DNA of 60,632 nucleotides, the filler included, from Bipalium vagum (taxonomy: Eukaryota), in assembly GCA_037834085.1 (NCBI GenBank). It is 3 parts of 3 records of this genome, joined end to end, with 100 filler letters (N's around TTAATTAATTAA, not from the genome) between each part and the next. Parts side by side here need not be neighbours in the genome. Positions count along the whole stretch, not along the records: positions 20,644 to 40,739 come from JBBMKC010260364.1; 2 more parts are not named here. One strand, 5' to 3'. The notes under the pieces are model-generated. The model saw only the letters and a program-made list of their open reading frames with translations, did no database searches and was not told where the DNA came from. This document shows positions 22,491-33,142 of this stretch, in pieces. Both the position numbers and the translations under genes were made by a program. Numbering within the stretch: the stretch's first letter is position 1; each line of letters begins with the position of its first letter.

Positions 22491-22829
22491 CTTTTTTTAA
22501 ACTCATAACATCTGTTTAACAATAATAAAAAAATTGAATTTGAAAATTAAATATTTCGTTATTTTATATTTTTTCATCATGCCATTTTTTTAATTTTTTT
22601 TTCTTTATTATTAACGCTCATATAACTATAACCATAACGTTCTAAATCTGTATATTTACTAATGTATTAGGTTGTCACATATGAAATATCCGGTTTTAAA
22701 ACTAATTTTTAAAACTACTATAATTCACGTAATATTTAACGTTTGTAACTTATTTAAATATCATTTTGAAGCGTTAAATCTGGAGAATCAATATATATTT
22801 GTTTTAAAAAGTGAATTATTTAAAATACT

Positions 22830-23220
22830 TTTAGACCGCATGGGAATGATATTAAAAGAAATGCTAACAATTTTTTATACGAATGGAAATTAATACATAA
22901 TACATCATAAGCTGCCCGAAACATCAATTTCGCATCAATTAAGGAAAGAACTATTCGGAGGTTGTTCAAAAAATTCCAAAATGGTGATCTGACCAGGGTA
23001 ATTGAATGGTCGTCAATACAACGACGATTTATGAAAACAGGTAGTGCTAAAGGAATCAGTTCGAAAACTAGGAAACACGTTAGCCATTAGTCGTCAGACC
23101 ATTTTCCGACATTTGAATGAAAAAAAGTTCAATGGCTTCCTCATTTATTGAGTAATTCTCAAAAATCGCAGAAATTGAAAATTTGCCAAATACTGCTGGA
23201 TCGAAATGAAAAACACGTCT
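22830..23220 (+). mobile_element. mariner 5' remnant
   Basis: TIRRLFKKFQNGD...ISRQTIFRHL...WLPHLLS. Confidence 0.7.
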
Positions 23221-24297
23221 CCTAATGTGCAGGAAATGTAATATGCATGTTATAGGTTACGATGTGGAAATTAACTTAAAACCAATAGAACTCAAAAATA
23301 CAACTGACCTTATTATTAGAGACAATTTCAATAAAAAATTTCATGTACTTCATATGAAAGTACCATACTATATGGAGATTAATTTTTAAAATATTAGAGA
23401 TAAAGTTATATTAAATATAAGGACCTGAGCTTTCAATTTAGCTAAACCACAAGATTTTGGACATCACAACATAACTTACAAAGATAACGATAATAATATT
23501 AATAATTATAACATTAATAAAAATAATAATTTTACTACTACTAATAACAATATATTAATGCCACTAATAATGTAATATTAATAAAACAGTGATAATGATA
23601 ACGACAATTAAATTTAACTAATAATTACGATAAAATTAATATTATTAAAAATATTAAATGATAATAATGACAATAATAATGATAAGAATAATAAATAATT
23701 ATAATAATTAAAATTAAATTATTGCAATGCTCTGGTCAAATGAATACAATTACAACTTTATTACTCTTCCTTTTATCTCGGTATGTAAGCCGATTAGCTT
23801 ATACTTAATTAAGATCTTTTGATAGTAGACTACAGTTTTTATTCTTGTTTTGATTTTCTCTCGGTTTGCAAGCCGATAAACAAGTATAGTGTATGTGTTA
23901 TTTCACTGTATTCTTACGGTACTGTGGATACTACAACCAAGCCTATATCAACCAAACCAAGAGCCAAATCAGGAGTAACTATTTCAAAAATCCGAACTAC
24001 CAACCCGGATCAATCCAAGTCAAGGAAGCTAATCTTTGACACTGTGTATTAACATTATTTGTGACATTGTGTAATCATGATTAACTTCCTCCTTTAAATT
24101 TTATTTTCTCAGTGCAAAAATATATGTATTACATTAACATTATTCTTGATATTATGTGATCATTATTTCTTTTCATGTTGTGTATAATATTAGAAAAATC
24201 GAGATAAAATTAGCAAAATATATTTGCCTAAAATAAATATTCGCTGACAAGCGTTAGCAATATTAGAAAGAGCGATAAAATTGGTAATTAATAATCA

Positions 24298-24410
24298 AGC
24301 CAATCAGGAGAATCAAAGGCTGAAAATAGGACTATATAAACCCCTGTTTTCAGTCATAAAATCAGACAAAACTTTTATTCGGAGCGAACTGAAAAATTTT
24401 ACAAGGTAAT
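24298..24410 (+). promoter_or_regulatory. CCAAT plus TATA-in-hairpin module, copy 1
   Basis: CCAAT at 24300, TATATAAA at 24333 inside a 13-bp inverted repeat (24318-24330 / 24343-24355), donor-like AAG/GTAAT at 24406. Confidence 0.5.
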
Positions 24411-24889
24411 AACCCTTCGTAAAAAAAATATAAATTCAAAAGAAAATATAAATAAAATACAAATCAAAAGGACAAATTAATATATATAAATAAATATAAA
24501 ATTAATAATTCAATATAATCCTTTTAATATTACTTCGGCAATTAAAGAAATCATCGAAATTTTTTAATAATTTCCAATTTTTATTTTGTTGTTTACTGAT
24601 CAATTCTACTCTACTAACCTCTAGGGTTTAGAGTCAGATTTATTATAATTTAGGTCTCTTCGATTTTTCTATAATCAAGAGAGAGAATAGTAGTTTTTCA
24701 AATAATAATAATAATACCAATTATAAAGGAAATAAAAGGTGTGTTTTTCATAAGAATTTGGTGTACAAACTGTGATAAATTTAAATATATATATTTTTTT
24801 AAAATTGTTATTTTAGTTCTTTTCGTATTTTCCTATTATATTCACTTCTTTCTGAGAAGTTGGTGAGCTCTAGAAATCAAACGTCGTAA

Positions 24890-25695
24890 TTAAACTAAAC
24901 ACACCGAGGTAGTTTAAATACCCAACAGTAACAAAAAGAAAGTTGGCCGCAAAAATAAAATTAATAAGAGAGAGAATTTGTCAATAAAACGTTAAATAGC
25001 GCGTTTGAATGATCAACAAGAAAAGGTAAATTCCACAAAATTGATGAGAATTTTAAATGTTGACGTTTTACAAAGAAGGGTACGTTGTCACCCATCAAAA
25101 TCAGGTTACAAATACAAGAAAGCGACAAATCAAATAATTCTTTCAAAGAAGCACAAGCAGCTAAGAATAGGAACCACCCATGTGAAAACACAATCTTCAC
25201 AGATGAAAAAAGATTTACATTAGACGGACCAGACAACTGGATGACATACATGTGCCAAAAAATTTGAAATATATCCGTCAGAGGAGGCAATGTCACAGTG
25301 GTGGTTTAATGCTGTGTCTAATGAATTTTCCGAATGGTTTTTATTCATATAATAAACAATAAAAAAGACAAAACATAATTGATTTATATGGATCACTGAG
25401 AGCTCGTCTTTGCAAAGTCTTAACTTCCAAAGGGAAATTGTATAATATGTAATATTTTGTTGATAAATAAAAGGTGTGCGAAAAATTTTGTCCTTTCCTA
25501 ATTTTCAGTAATTGCATTTCTAACTTTATATATATATATATCAATATTACAAATATTATTTAAATATTACTTACTTTAAATTTATATAACTAATGTCTAT
25601 TACTAAATATCGCTTATGGATAGATTTCATTTCATACACACAGTAAAAAAATTCATATAAAATAGTAAATGTGCGAAAAATTTTGTCTGGCAGTA
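24890..25695 (+). mobile_element. Tc1 remnant with IR/DR-type end
   Basis: IFTDEKRFTLDGPD; GTGCGAAAAATTTTGTC occurs at about 25475 and again in the terminal repeat at about 25671. Confidence 0.75.
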
Positions 25696-26249
25696 TAGTT
25701 GTTAGATTTCCTTTTTTACTTCAGCGTGTTGATTGAGTTCTTTTTTTAATTAAATATTGTCAGTTCGATCAGTTATATTATGAAATGTTTTCATTTTCGT
25801 ATATTGTCATAAAAATAAATATTTGAAAAAAGCTTGAGTTATTTATAATATCTAAAATCTTTTTGTGATTGGTACATTACCTTCACATATACATTAGCGG
25901 AGTCAGAAAAATATTACCCTACCATCTTCAAAACCCAACACAATATTTTATAAATTTCTAAAATATACCTGTCAATATTTATTTATAATATATATTTCTT
26001 GTCAATATTTAATAATGAAATGTTATCAATTGTTATAAGTGTATTTCTATTTTCTATTTCAATTTATAAAAGAATATAATTTTGTTATAACTGATCGATT
26101 AATGAACTAAAATTTTAATAATTTTCAAACTGTCGAATATTTTAAAAATAGATTGCAGTAAATTTTGTTGTCATTTAAATATTTAGAATGTGAGTCAATT
26201 TTTAAAATTCAGAATTTTAACTGAATATTAGATAAAGAATATTAAATTT

Positions 26250-26500
26250 TGTACATTAAGGATAAAATTCAAAAGAAGAGAAAGTTTATTTCCATTGCAG
26301 AAAGATTAATATTTTATATTCCTAGAGACTGATCGCACACGCCCAATAATAAATGAAAAGATGGAAAGAGCTCTAATGATATGGATAGAAGATTGCAACG
26401 CCAAAGACATGCCCAGAGATAGAAACATTAATTAAAAGAAAGCACTGGATGTTTATGATAATTAAAGAAACTTGAAAAATCATCAGTTCAACAATCACCT
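26250..26500 (+). mobile_element. Tigger/pogo CENP-B HTH remnant
   Basis: MERALMIWIEDCNAKDMP...KKALDVY. Confidence 0.65.
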
Positions 26501-27457
26501 TTCGATTTCGCTGTTTTAGAATATTTGAGTAACGTATAGGATTATAGTAGAACCACACCATATAAAAGATATCGAATGAGTTTGATTAATATTGGTTGGT
26601 TTGCCAAAGGAACAAGAAATAATAATAACAATATTAAAATTATAAGATTTCATTTTTTTTCATTTTGTTGGGATTGTCAAAGACATGATTTCTTCAATTT
26701 AGAATTATGAGGTCAATAATAATATAATAATTATTAATAATAATATTGTGGAATATTCCAAAATGATGAATTTTTTTAGACAAATCTTTTTGTGATTTTT
26801 TATTTTTAAAAGATTTTTGTAATATAGGATAATCAAGCTAAAGACTCATACAATTATAATTAGTTTTTTATTATTTACTATTAATTAATAATTATGAAGT
26901 TAACAAAACAAAATTACCAAAAAACAAATAAATAAAGAATTTGTATATAAAATAAATATAGAAAATGCTATAAATAGAAATTAATGTAGATAAAAATAAA
27001 AGAAATCCTAAAATTTAATGTATATAAGCCAACAAAAAATAGTTAAAACAAAATTAAATTGTACAAAGAACACAAATAAATTGTACAGAGACATTCAAAG
27101 AAAACCACTAGTGATACAAGATCTTCAAACACAAGATGCTGAGGACAACAAACAGATTAATTTAATTTTAAATTATATTATCAATTTTCAGGAAATCTTT
27201 ACCGATTCACTTGGTAATATTATTAACAAACTCTTATAAGTAAGTGCTTGAAGCTTTTTCCAGAATCAAATAAATTTTTATTTCCCTTCCATTTTCTTCT
27301 TTTTATTTTTATAATTTACACAGCCGCTAGCTGGTAAATTGCTGCGAATTTTTGTGCATTAAACAAAGTGTGTGCCAAAAGCTTTTTTTACTTGATCATC
27401 CCATAAGAGTTCAATTGTAAGAATCAGAATTTCAAATAAATATTTTGAAACCAAAGA

Positions 27458-27640
27458 TTACTATATTACCATTACTATAATATGTATTACTATATTACTA
27501 TATTACCATTATATAATATAGTAATATATATAGTAATATATATTACTATATTACCATTACCAAATATTACTATATTACCATTACTATACTATATTACTAT
27601 ATTACCATTACCAATATTACTATATTACCAAATATTATAT
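27458..27640. repeat. Minisatellite (TATTACTATATTACCA-like unit) with an inverted segment
   Basis: Many repeated units; reverse-complement units at about 27520-27540. Confidence 0.85.
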
Positions 27641-28479
27641 TATTATATATAAATATTTATTTGATCGGTTATATTTTGCATTGTGATAATAAAATTCAGT
27701 CTTCGTGCTTGAACGTTCATGCGTAATTCCTTCTGATTACAAAGATATTGTTGAGTTACCAAAAGCCTCTCAATCGATTTTCTTAACCCCATTTAATTTA
27801 TATTTTATATAATATTATAACTATTATATTAATATTATAACGATTGAAATTCTAATACCTTTAATTCTAATTCATTTTTGTTTATTTATTCTAAATAGAA
27901 TTTTATGTAACTATGTAACATTTAAATAATTCAGAAAAATTTTAAATATACTAAATTTACGATAAATGAAATTATAATTTTATTAAAAATATAATAAAGT
28001 AACAAATTAAAATAGAAATATTCATAATGCAACTTTTACATTTACTATTTTAATATTTGTATAACCTGCTTAATGTTCAAAATATTTGTTTTTATCCATA
28101 GTCACAAAGATATTTTCATAATCACTAATAAGAAATGACTTTATATAAATTCTGTTATTTCTTAACATAAAAATAAATAACTTCTCTAATCTATAATGAG
28201 TTTTATTGATTTTCTAGGTAAGCTGAAATCTTCCTTTTTTATTAAATTACAATGAGTCTAAATGTACAACGTACATAAAAATAAGATATTTCATCATGAG
28301 TAAAAAAATTCAGATATATTTTATCACAGAAGAAGACCAAAGTCTTATGAAATTTGACAAAAATATTAAGGTCTTTTTGTAGTGAGCGAAATAAAAACCG
28401 ATGAAAGTTATAAATAATCGATATCAACACAATCTTATTGATTTTTTTTAAAAACTTAATGAAATAACTTTTCGGTGAA

Positions 28480-29400
28480 TAATATTTCAAAAATCTGTGG
28501 TTAAAAAATCGTTCCAGAATTGTCATTATCTATCAAGTGAAACTGTATGATAAAATTCTTTACAAAACTCCACTGGAAAACATTGGTCACAATAAACAGC
28601 AGAGATCCATTTGGTCGTTCTTTTTGCAAGTGCCTGATAAATCGATTCAGATGGAATGAAAAAGAATTGGTAAGCTGTTGAACATTTCCGTTTGTTGGCA
28701 TCTCTGATAAAGAAACCACACCGAAAACCTATTGAAAAAAGACCCCGAGAAGTGTTTTGCAGTGAAACACTATATCTGCTCAAAACTGTCGGCATGCATA
28801 AATTTGTTCAGAATACCAGAAATTTTCGTTGTTTTTTGACTCATCATTTTCATATATTTTTGAATTTTCCAAATCGTTCAAAAATCGATCACATTTAAAA
28901 TTGTAACCACTGATATCAGAAGATATTTTTAAACCCAAGAAGATACTATTCATTTTCGGAATATTAAGATGAGGTGGATTCTAAGTTGGTACTGAAATTC
29001 TAGTTCCAATCAGCATCAACTAACCATGACAACGATTCTGTTGTGCACTCGAGAATGTCGTAAACATTTCTTATATTATAAGTTAAAAAAGAGACCGATG
29101 CTAAATTGAATCCAATATAGCAATACTGTGATCGGGATCCCTTTAGCATTATGCGAGTGAAAGACATTTTGATTGTATAAATCTCCAGACATAAAAAGGC
29201 AGTGATTGCAAATAATAAGGAAAAGATAAAGAATGGCGATTCGATTTAGATTTCATACAAAGTACTCTAAACGCTATACACGGATCAACGACTGCATTCA
29301 CCAATGCTTCTCTACACTCAACAATTCTTCCATTGGACTGCAAACGATCACAGACATTTTAATCGAAGAAACGTTTATATTGCTTGGTTTTCCCCATAAT
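28480..29400 (-). pseudogene. Sec24-like (COPII) C-terminal pseudogene fragment
   Basis: DRLQSNGRIVECREALVNAVVDPCIAFR...FPYYLQSLPFYV and VFGVVSLSEMP...LNRFIRHLQKERP...LFIV resemble the Sec24A/B helical and gelsolin-like regions; several stops and frameshifts. Confidence 0.7.
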
Positions 29401-29759
29401 GACAATCATCAATTGTTCCCATCAAATTAAATCTTGACCTGTTTATCTATCATAAATAAGCAGCCAGGATTGCCACAATCGTAAATTTTCTAAATTCCTT
29501 TATTTAATTCTGAAATATAAAATTTTATTTTGAATATCTAATGAGGATAAGTTTTGCAAAAGTTTTTTACTTGTTGAAGCTAAAACTTGAATTACATCTA
29601 TAAAAGTTTTCATTTAATATATTGTAACTAAATTAAGAAATTATAAAGATATTAAAATTTTAAAAAAATCTTTGATTAAAAAACTGTAATGATAAATGAT
29701 TATATTAAAAAAATTAAAACAAGCCTCACTTTGAGGGTACGAGAACGGTAAAATATACA

Positions 29760-29762
<3 letters not shown>

Positions 29763-29805
<43 letters not shown>
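29763..29805. repeat. (TAA)n microsatellite
   Basis: About 14 units. Confidence 0.95.
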
Positions 29806-30229
29806 TTAATTTTAATTAGAAGAATGTTATTATAATATTATCTCGCTGCCGAAATAATGATAAATATAATAATAAAAAGAATGATTTATAGTATTATTAT
29901 TTTTATAATAATAAAGGTAATTTTATGTCGTCGAGATATTAAAAGTAATATAGATTAATGCGAATAACCTTAATTCTAGTGAGTTTAGATTTTTGTAGTT
30001 AGTTAGTTTAAGTAAAACTGCGTAAGAAAAGAAGAGTTAGTGAAGTTCGAGCTAAATTTACATATTTCAATTAGAGAAAATAGTAAACATTTTAGTGGAA
30101 AACTTTTAGCAATGTCAATAGTGAGTGATGTCACGTCACAATCTATTTTTCTTTTCATAATAATAAAAAAAACTCTATTTCCACTTGTTGAAGCTGGTTT
30201 TTTAATTCATCCAATATTTTAGAATTACC

Positions 30230-30740
30230 AATACAAGACCGTAACTGAATACATAACATCCCACACACATTCAATATAAAATAAATTTGGTGGATATGCA
30301 AGCCAATTTATTGTTTCAAATTCTCATCTTTCCAAAAGCTATTCTGTTATATCGGCCGTATGCGATCAATTATTGTTTTATTGATAAATATTGCCTCGAA
30401 GTGTGTCCATTAACGGAAGTAACATGATTCCCAGAATTTAATCGATGAATCGAAAAGCATTCAAATTGCCTCTGACAAATACAAAGGATAACAGGAATTA
30501 TAACTCCCGAGTAAATTGATAACATAATGTCAATATTTTATCGTTAACCACATTAATAATTTACGCTCAAACTTCCATCACTTTGAAATAAAAAATCTTG
30601 ATTCATCAATGAATATGATGGGAGTTCATATATCACTCTAACATTGTTTTTCTTGACACCAGATAATTCTTGCAGCTTTATGATGTCATTTCAATGATAA
30701 ACATCACTTCGGACGACATAATCGCCATTTTCATTAAAAT
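30230..30740 (-). mobile_element. Tc1 transposase remnant
   Basis: IIFIDESRF...GNLNAFRFID...WLAYPPNLFYIECVWDVM. Confidence 0.7.
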
Positions 30741-31889
30741 ATGAAGAAAATTTTAAGAATATATTCATCTTTGTGAAAATTTTAAGATGAATTTGAAGAT
30801 AAAAAAATATAAAAAGCAATATGTTTAAAATCAAAATATTATAATAACAAAACGAACTCTGAGAACATCATAAACGTAAGAAGAATAACAAGAGCGACTC
30901 AAAATAAATATAATTATAAAATCTTTAATAAATAAATAAATGCTTAAAAAATAGAAAAATATTTATTTCTGATAATTACAAAGTCAGAGTAACATAATAT
31001 GTATTTAGTGAAAGAAAATAAATTTCATTAGATTCTCTTTATTACAAAAGTATTATTTCAAACGAGATACAACTTTTCCATTTAGACATTTTAATTAGGA
31101 AATTTTTAAAAATTTCAAAATATAAAAGATATTTGTAAAACAAAATTTCAAAAATATAAAATACTAATCTAAAATACTGTTAACCTTTCCTAATTACTCA
31201 CTTTATTTTATGTTAGTTTTATATCATTACTTATATTTTTATGTATTTAGAATGGATAATATAAATGATTTAAATGCTGAGTTAAATTATATAAGAAAAT
31301 TAATCCGAAATCAAAATCGTTAATATCAAACTCCAAACGATGTGAGATGACAAAATAAAGAGAAGAGAGAAGAGAGGAGATTATTATATATTAAAAGGAA
31401 AAAATAAAAACAAATCAGAGGGAAATGTCTTAATTAATATTAGAAGTTGATATGTTTTGTATGGTTTTCATATATTTTATGAAATCTTATATTTTTTAGT
31501 ATTTTTCCTATTATTTCTCTAAAATAGAATTTTATAAAATAAACGAAAAGTATTAATATAAAATTGATAGAATTAGATAGATTATGTTTTAAATCAAAAT
31601 AAAGAAATTGGATATTATATGATACACATAATAATAAACATAAAAAAATATATTTCTATTATCAAAATTTATTATTATCAAAATAAAAAAAATATATTTC
31701 TATTATCTATATATATCAAAATTTTTTATAAACTTCAACTTTCAAATTTTCTGTGATTTCATGTTTTGAATTTTTTTCAATATACAAATTATAAATTGTT
31801 AAAAGAGATTGATTAATGCTTCGATTTGCCCTTATTCTGTTAAAAACATTTTATTACCTTATATATTTCCTTCAATAAAAATTATTATT

Positions 31890-32326
31890 TAATTTATTTA
31901 ATTTACGATGCGCTGTTTTGTTTTGTACATATGAAAAAGATGTTACAACTATTGATTTGGCAAATACGAAAGATTCTACTGCTGAAGATTTTTAGTTATC
32001 AAATGTTTAAGTATAGTTAAAGACTACAAATGTGAAATGAGAGAGAAAATATTTTTGGCATAACAACAAAAATGTTCAGCAGACAGCCATAAATTCTGTT
32101 AAAAGCATGCAATCAAAAGTGCATCTATTTCGTAAAAATAAAGGAATGTAGACCAAATATTAATTTCTTTTGTGCAATAGATCTGTATAACAATGTATTA
32201 GTGTTTTCAGATTAATAAATCATTATTCTTGTATTTAATTATAAATTACGTAAAAACCATTTTAAATTGAATTTACGATAAAAAACGATATTTTTTGTTT
32301 GATTCTATTTAAATGGACAGATACTG
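31890..32326 (+). mobile_element. Tc1 3' remnant with TIR related to the MITE at 936-1183
   Basis: NSVKSMQSK...KG.TKY C-terminus; end ...GATTCTATTTAAATGGACAGATACTG followed by TA. Confidence 0.6.
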
Positions 32327-32993
32327 TAGATGTAAGCTAAAGCAACTTACCTCACCCATTTCAATTTTATTTTTTAAATGTTCTAGTCAATGCATAAGAG
32401 CTTACAATTTTTAAAAATATTTGTTGCGATCCACAGTGAAATCCACAGTAAAACTGGTATAAAACCAGTCAGATCAAAATCAAAATCAAAAGAAACGAAT
32501 TCCAGAGATCGCTTACGAACCTCAGGAGCCGATGGAGAGCGACGATAGCTCTCCGAAACTAATGATCGACATTTGATTTGATACTTGATATTTGAATTTA
32601 AATTTACATTTATTTTACATTCTACATTGATATGCATGAAAAGGCTTCGTAAGGCCTACTATATTTATTTTTATATCTCTGAATAAAGGATGAGTTTGTA
32701 TTTTATAATATTTAAATAATTAATAAAATTATAAACAATAATCATTTAAAAAATAAATTAAAAGTGGAGTTAGATATTAATTAAAATATTAACCCACATG
32801 ATTAATCATTATTATTATTATAGAAATTAAATAACTTTCCATAAATAAATGTTGTTGAAGTAGGGTTACTAAATATAATAAGTTCTATAGTATAAGAACT
32901 TAATTAAAAAAGTAACTACCTGCGCAAATTCTATTATTAGTTAGAAAGCTTACTTAAAATAGAAACCGTCCATAAATGAATTTATATTTAGTA

Positions 32994-33142
32994 AGCCAAT
33001 GAGAAGCTCTAGAATGTGGAAAACCGGAGTATATAAGGTCCTGGTTTTCACATTCAAAACGCCCTTAAAAAATCATAGAATACGCTTACAGCTATTCGAA
33101 TTAAAGATATTTTTAAGACGCCGATAATAATAATAGGTAAGG
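32994..33142 (+). promoter_or_regulatory. CCAAT plus TATA-in-hairpin module, copy 2
   Basis: CCAAT at 32996, TATATAA at 33030 inside a 15-bp inverted repeat (33012-33027 / 33041-33055), donor-like TAG/GTAAG at 33137. Confidence 0.5.
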
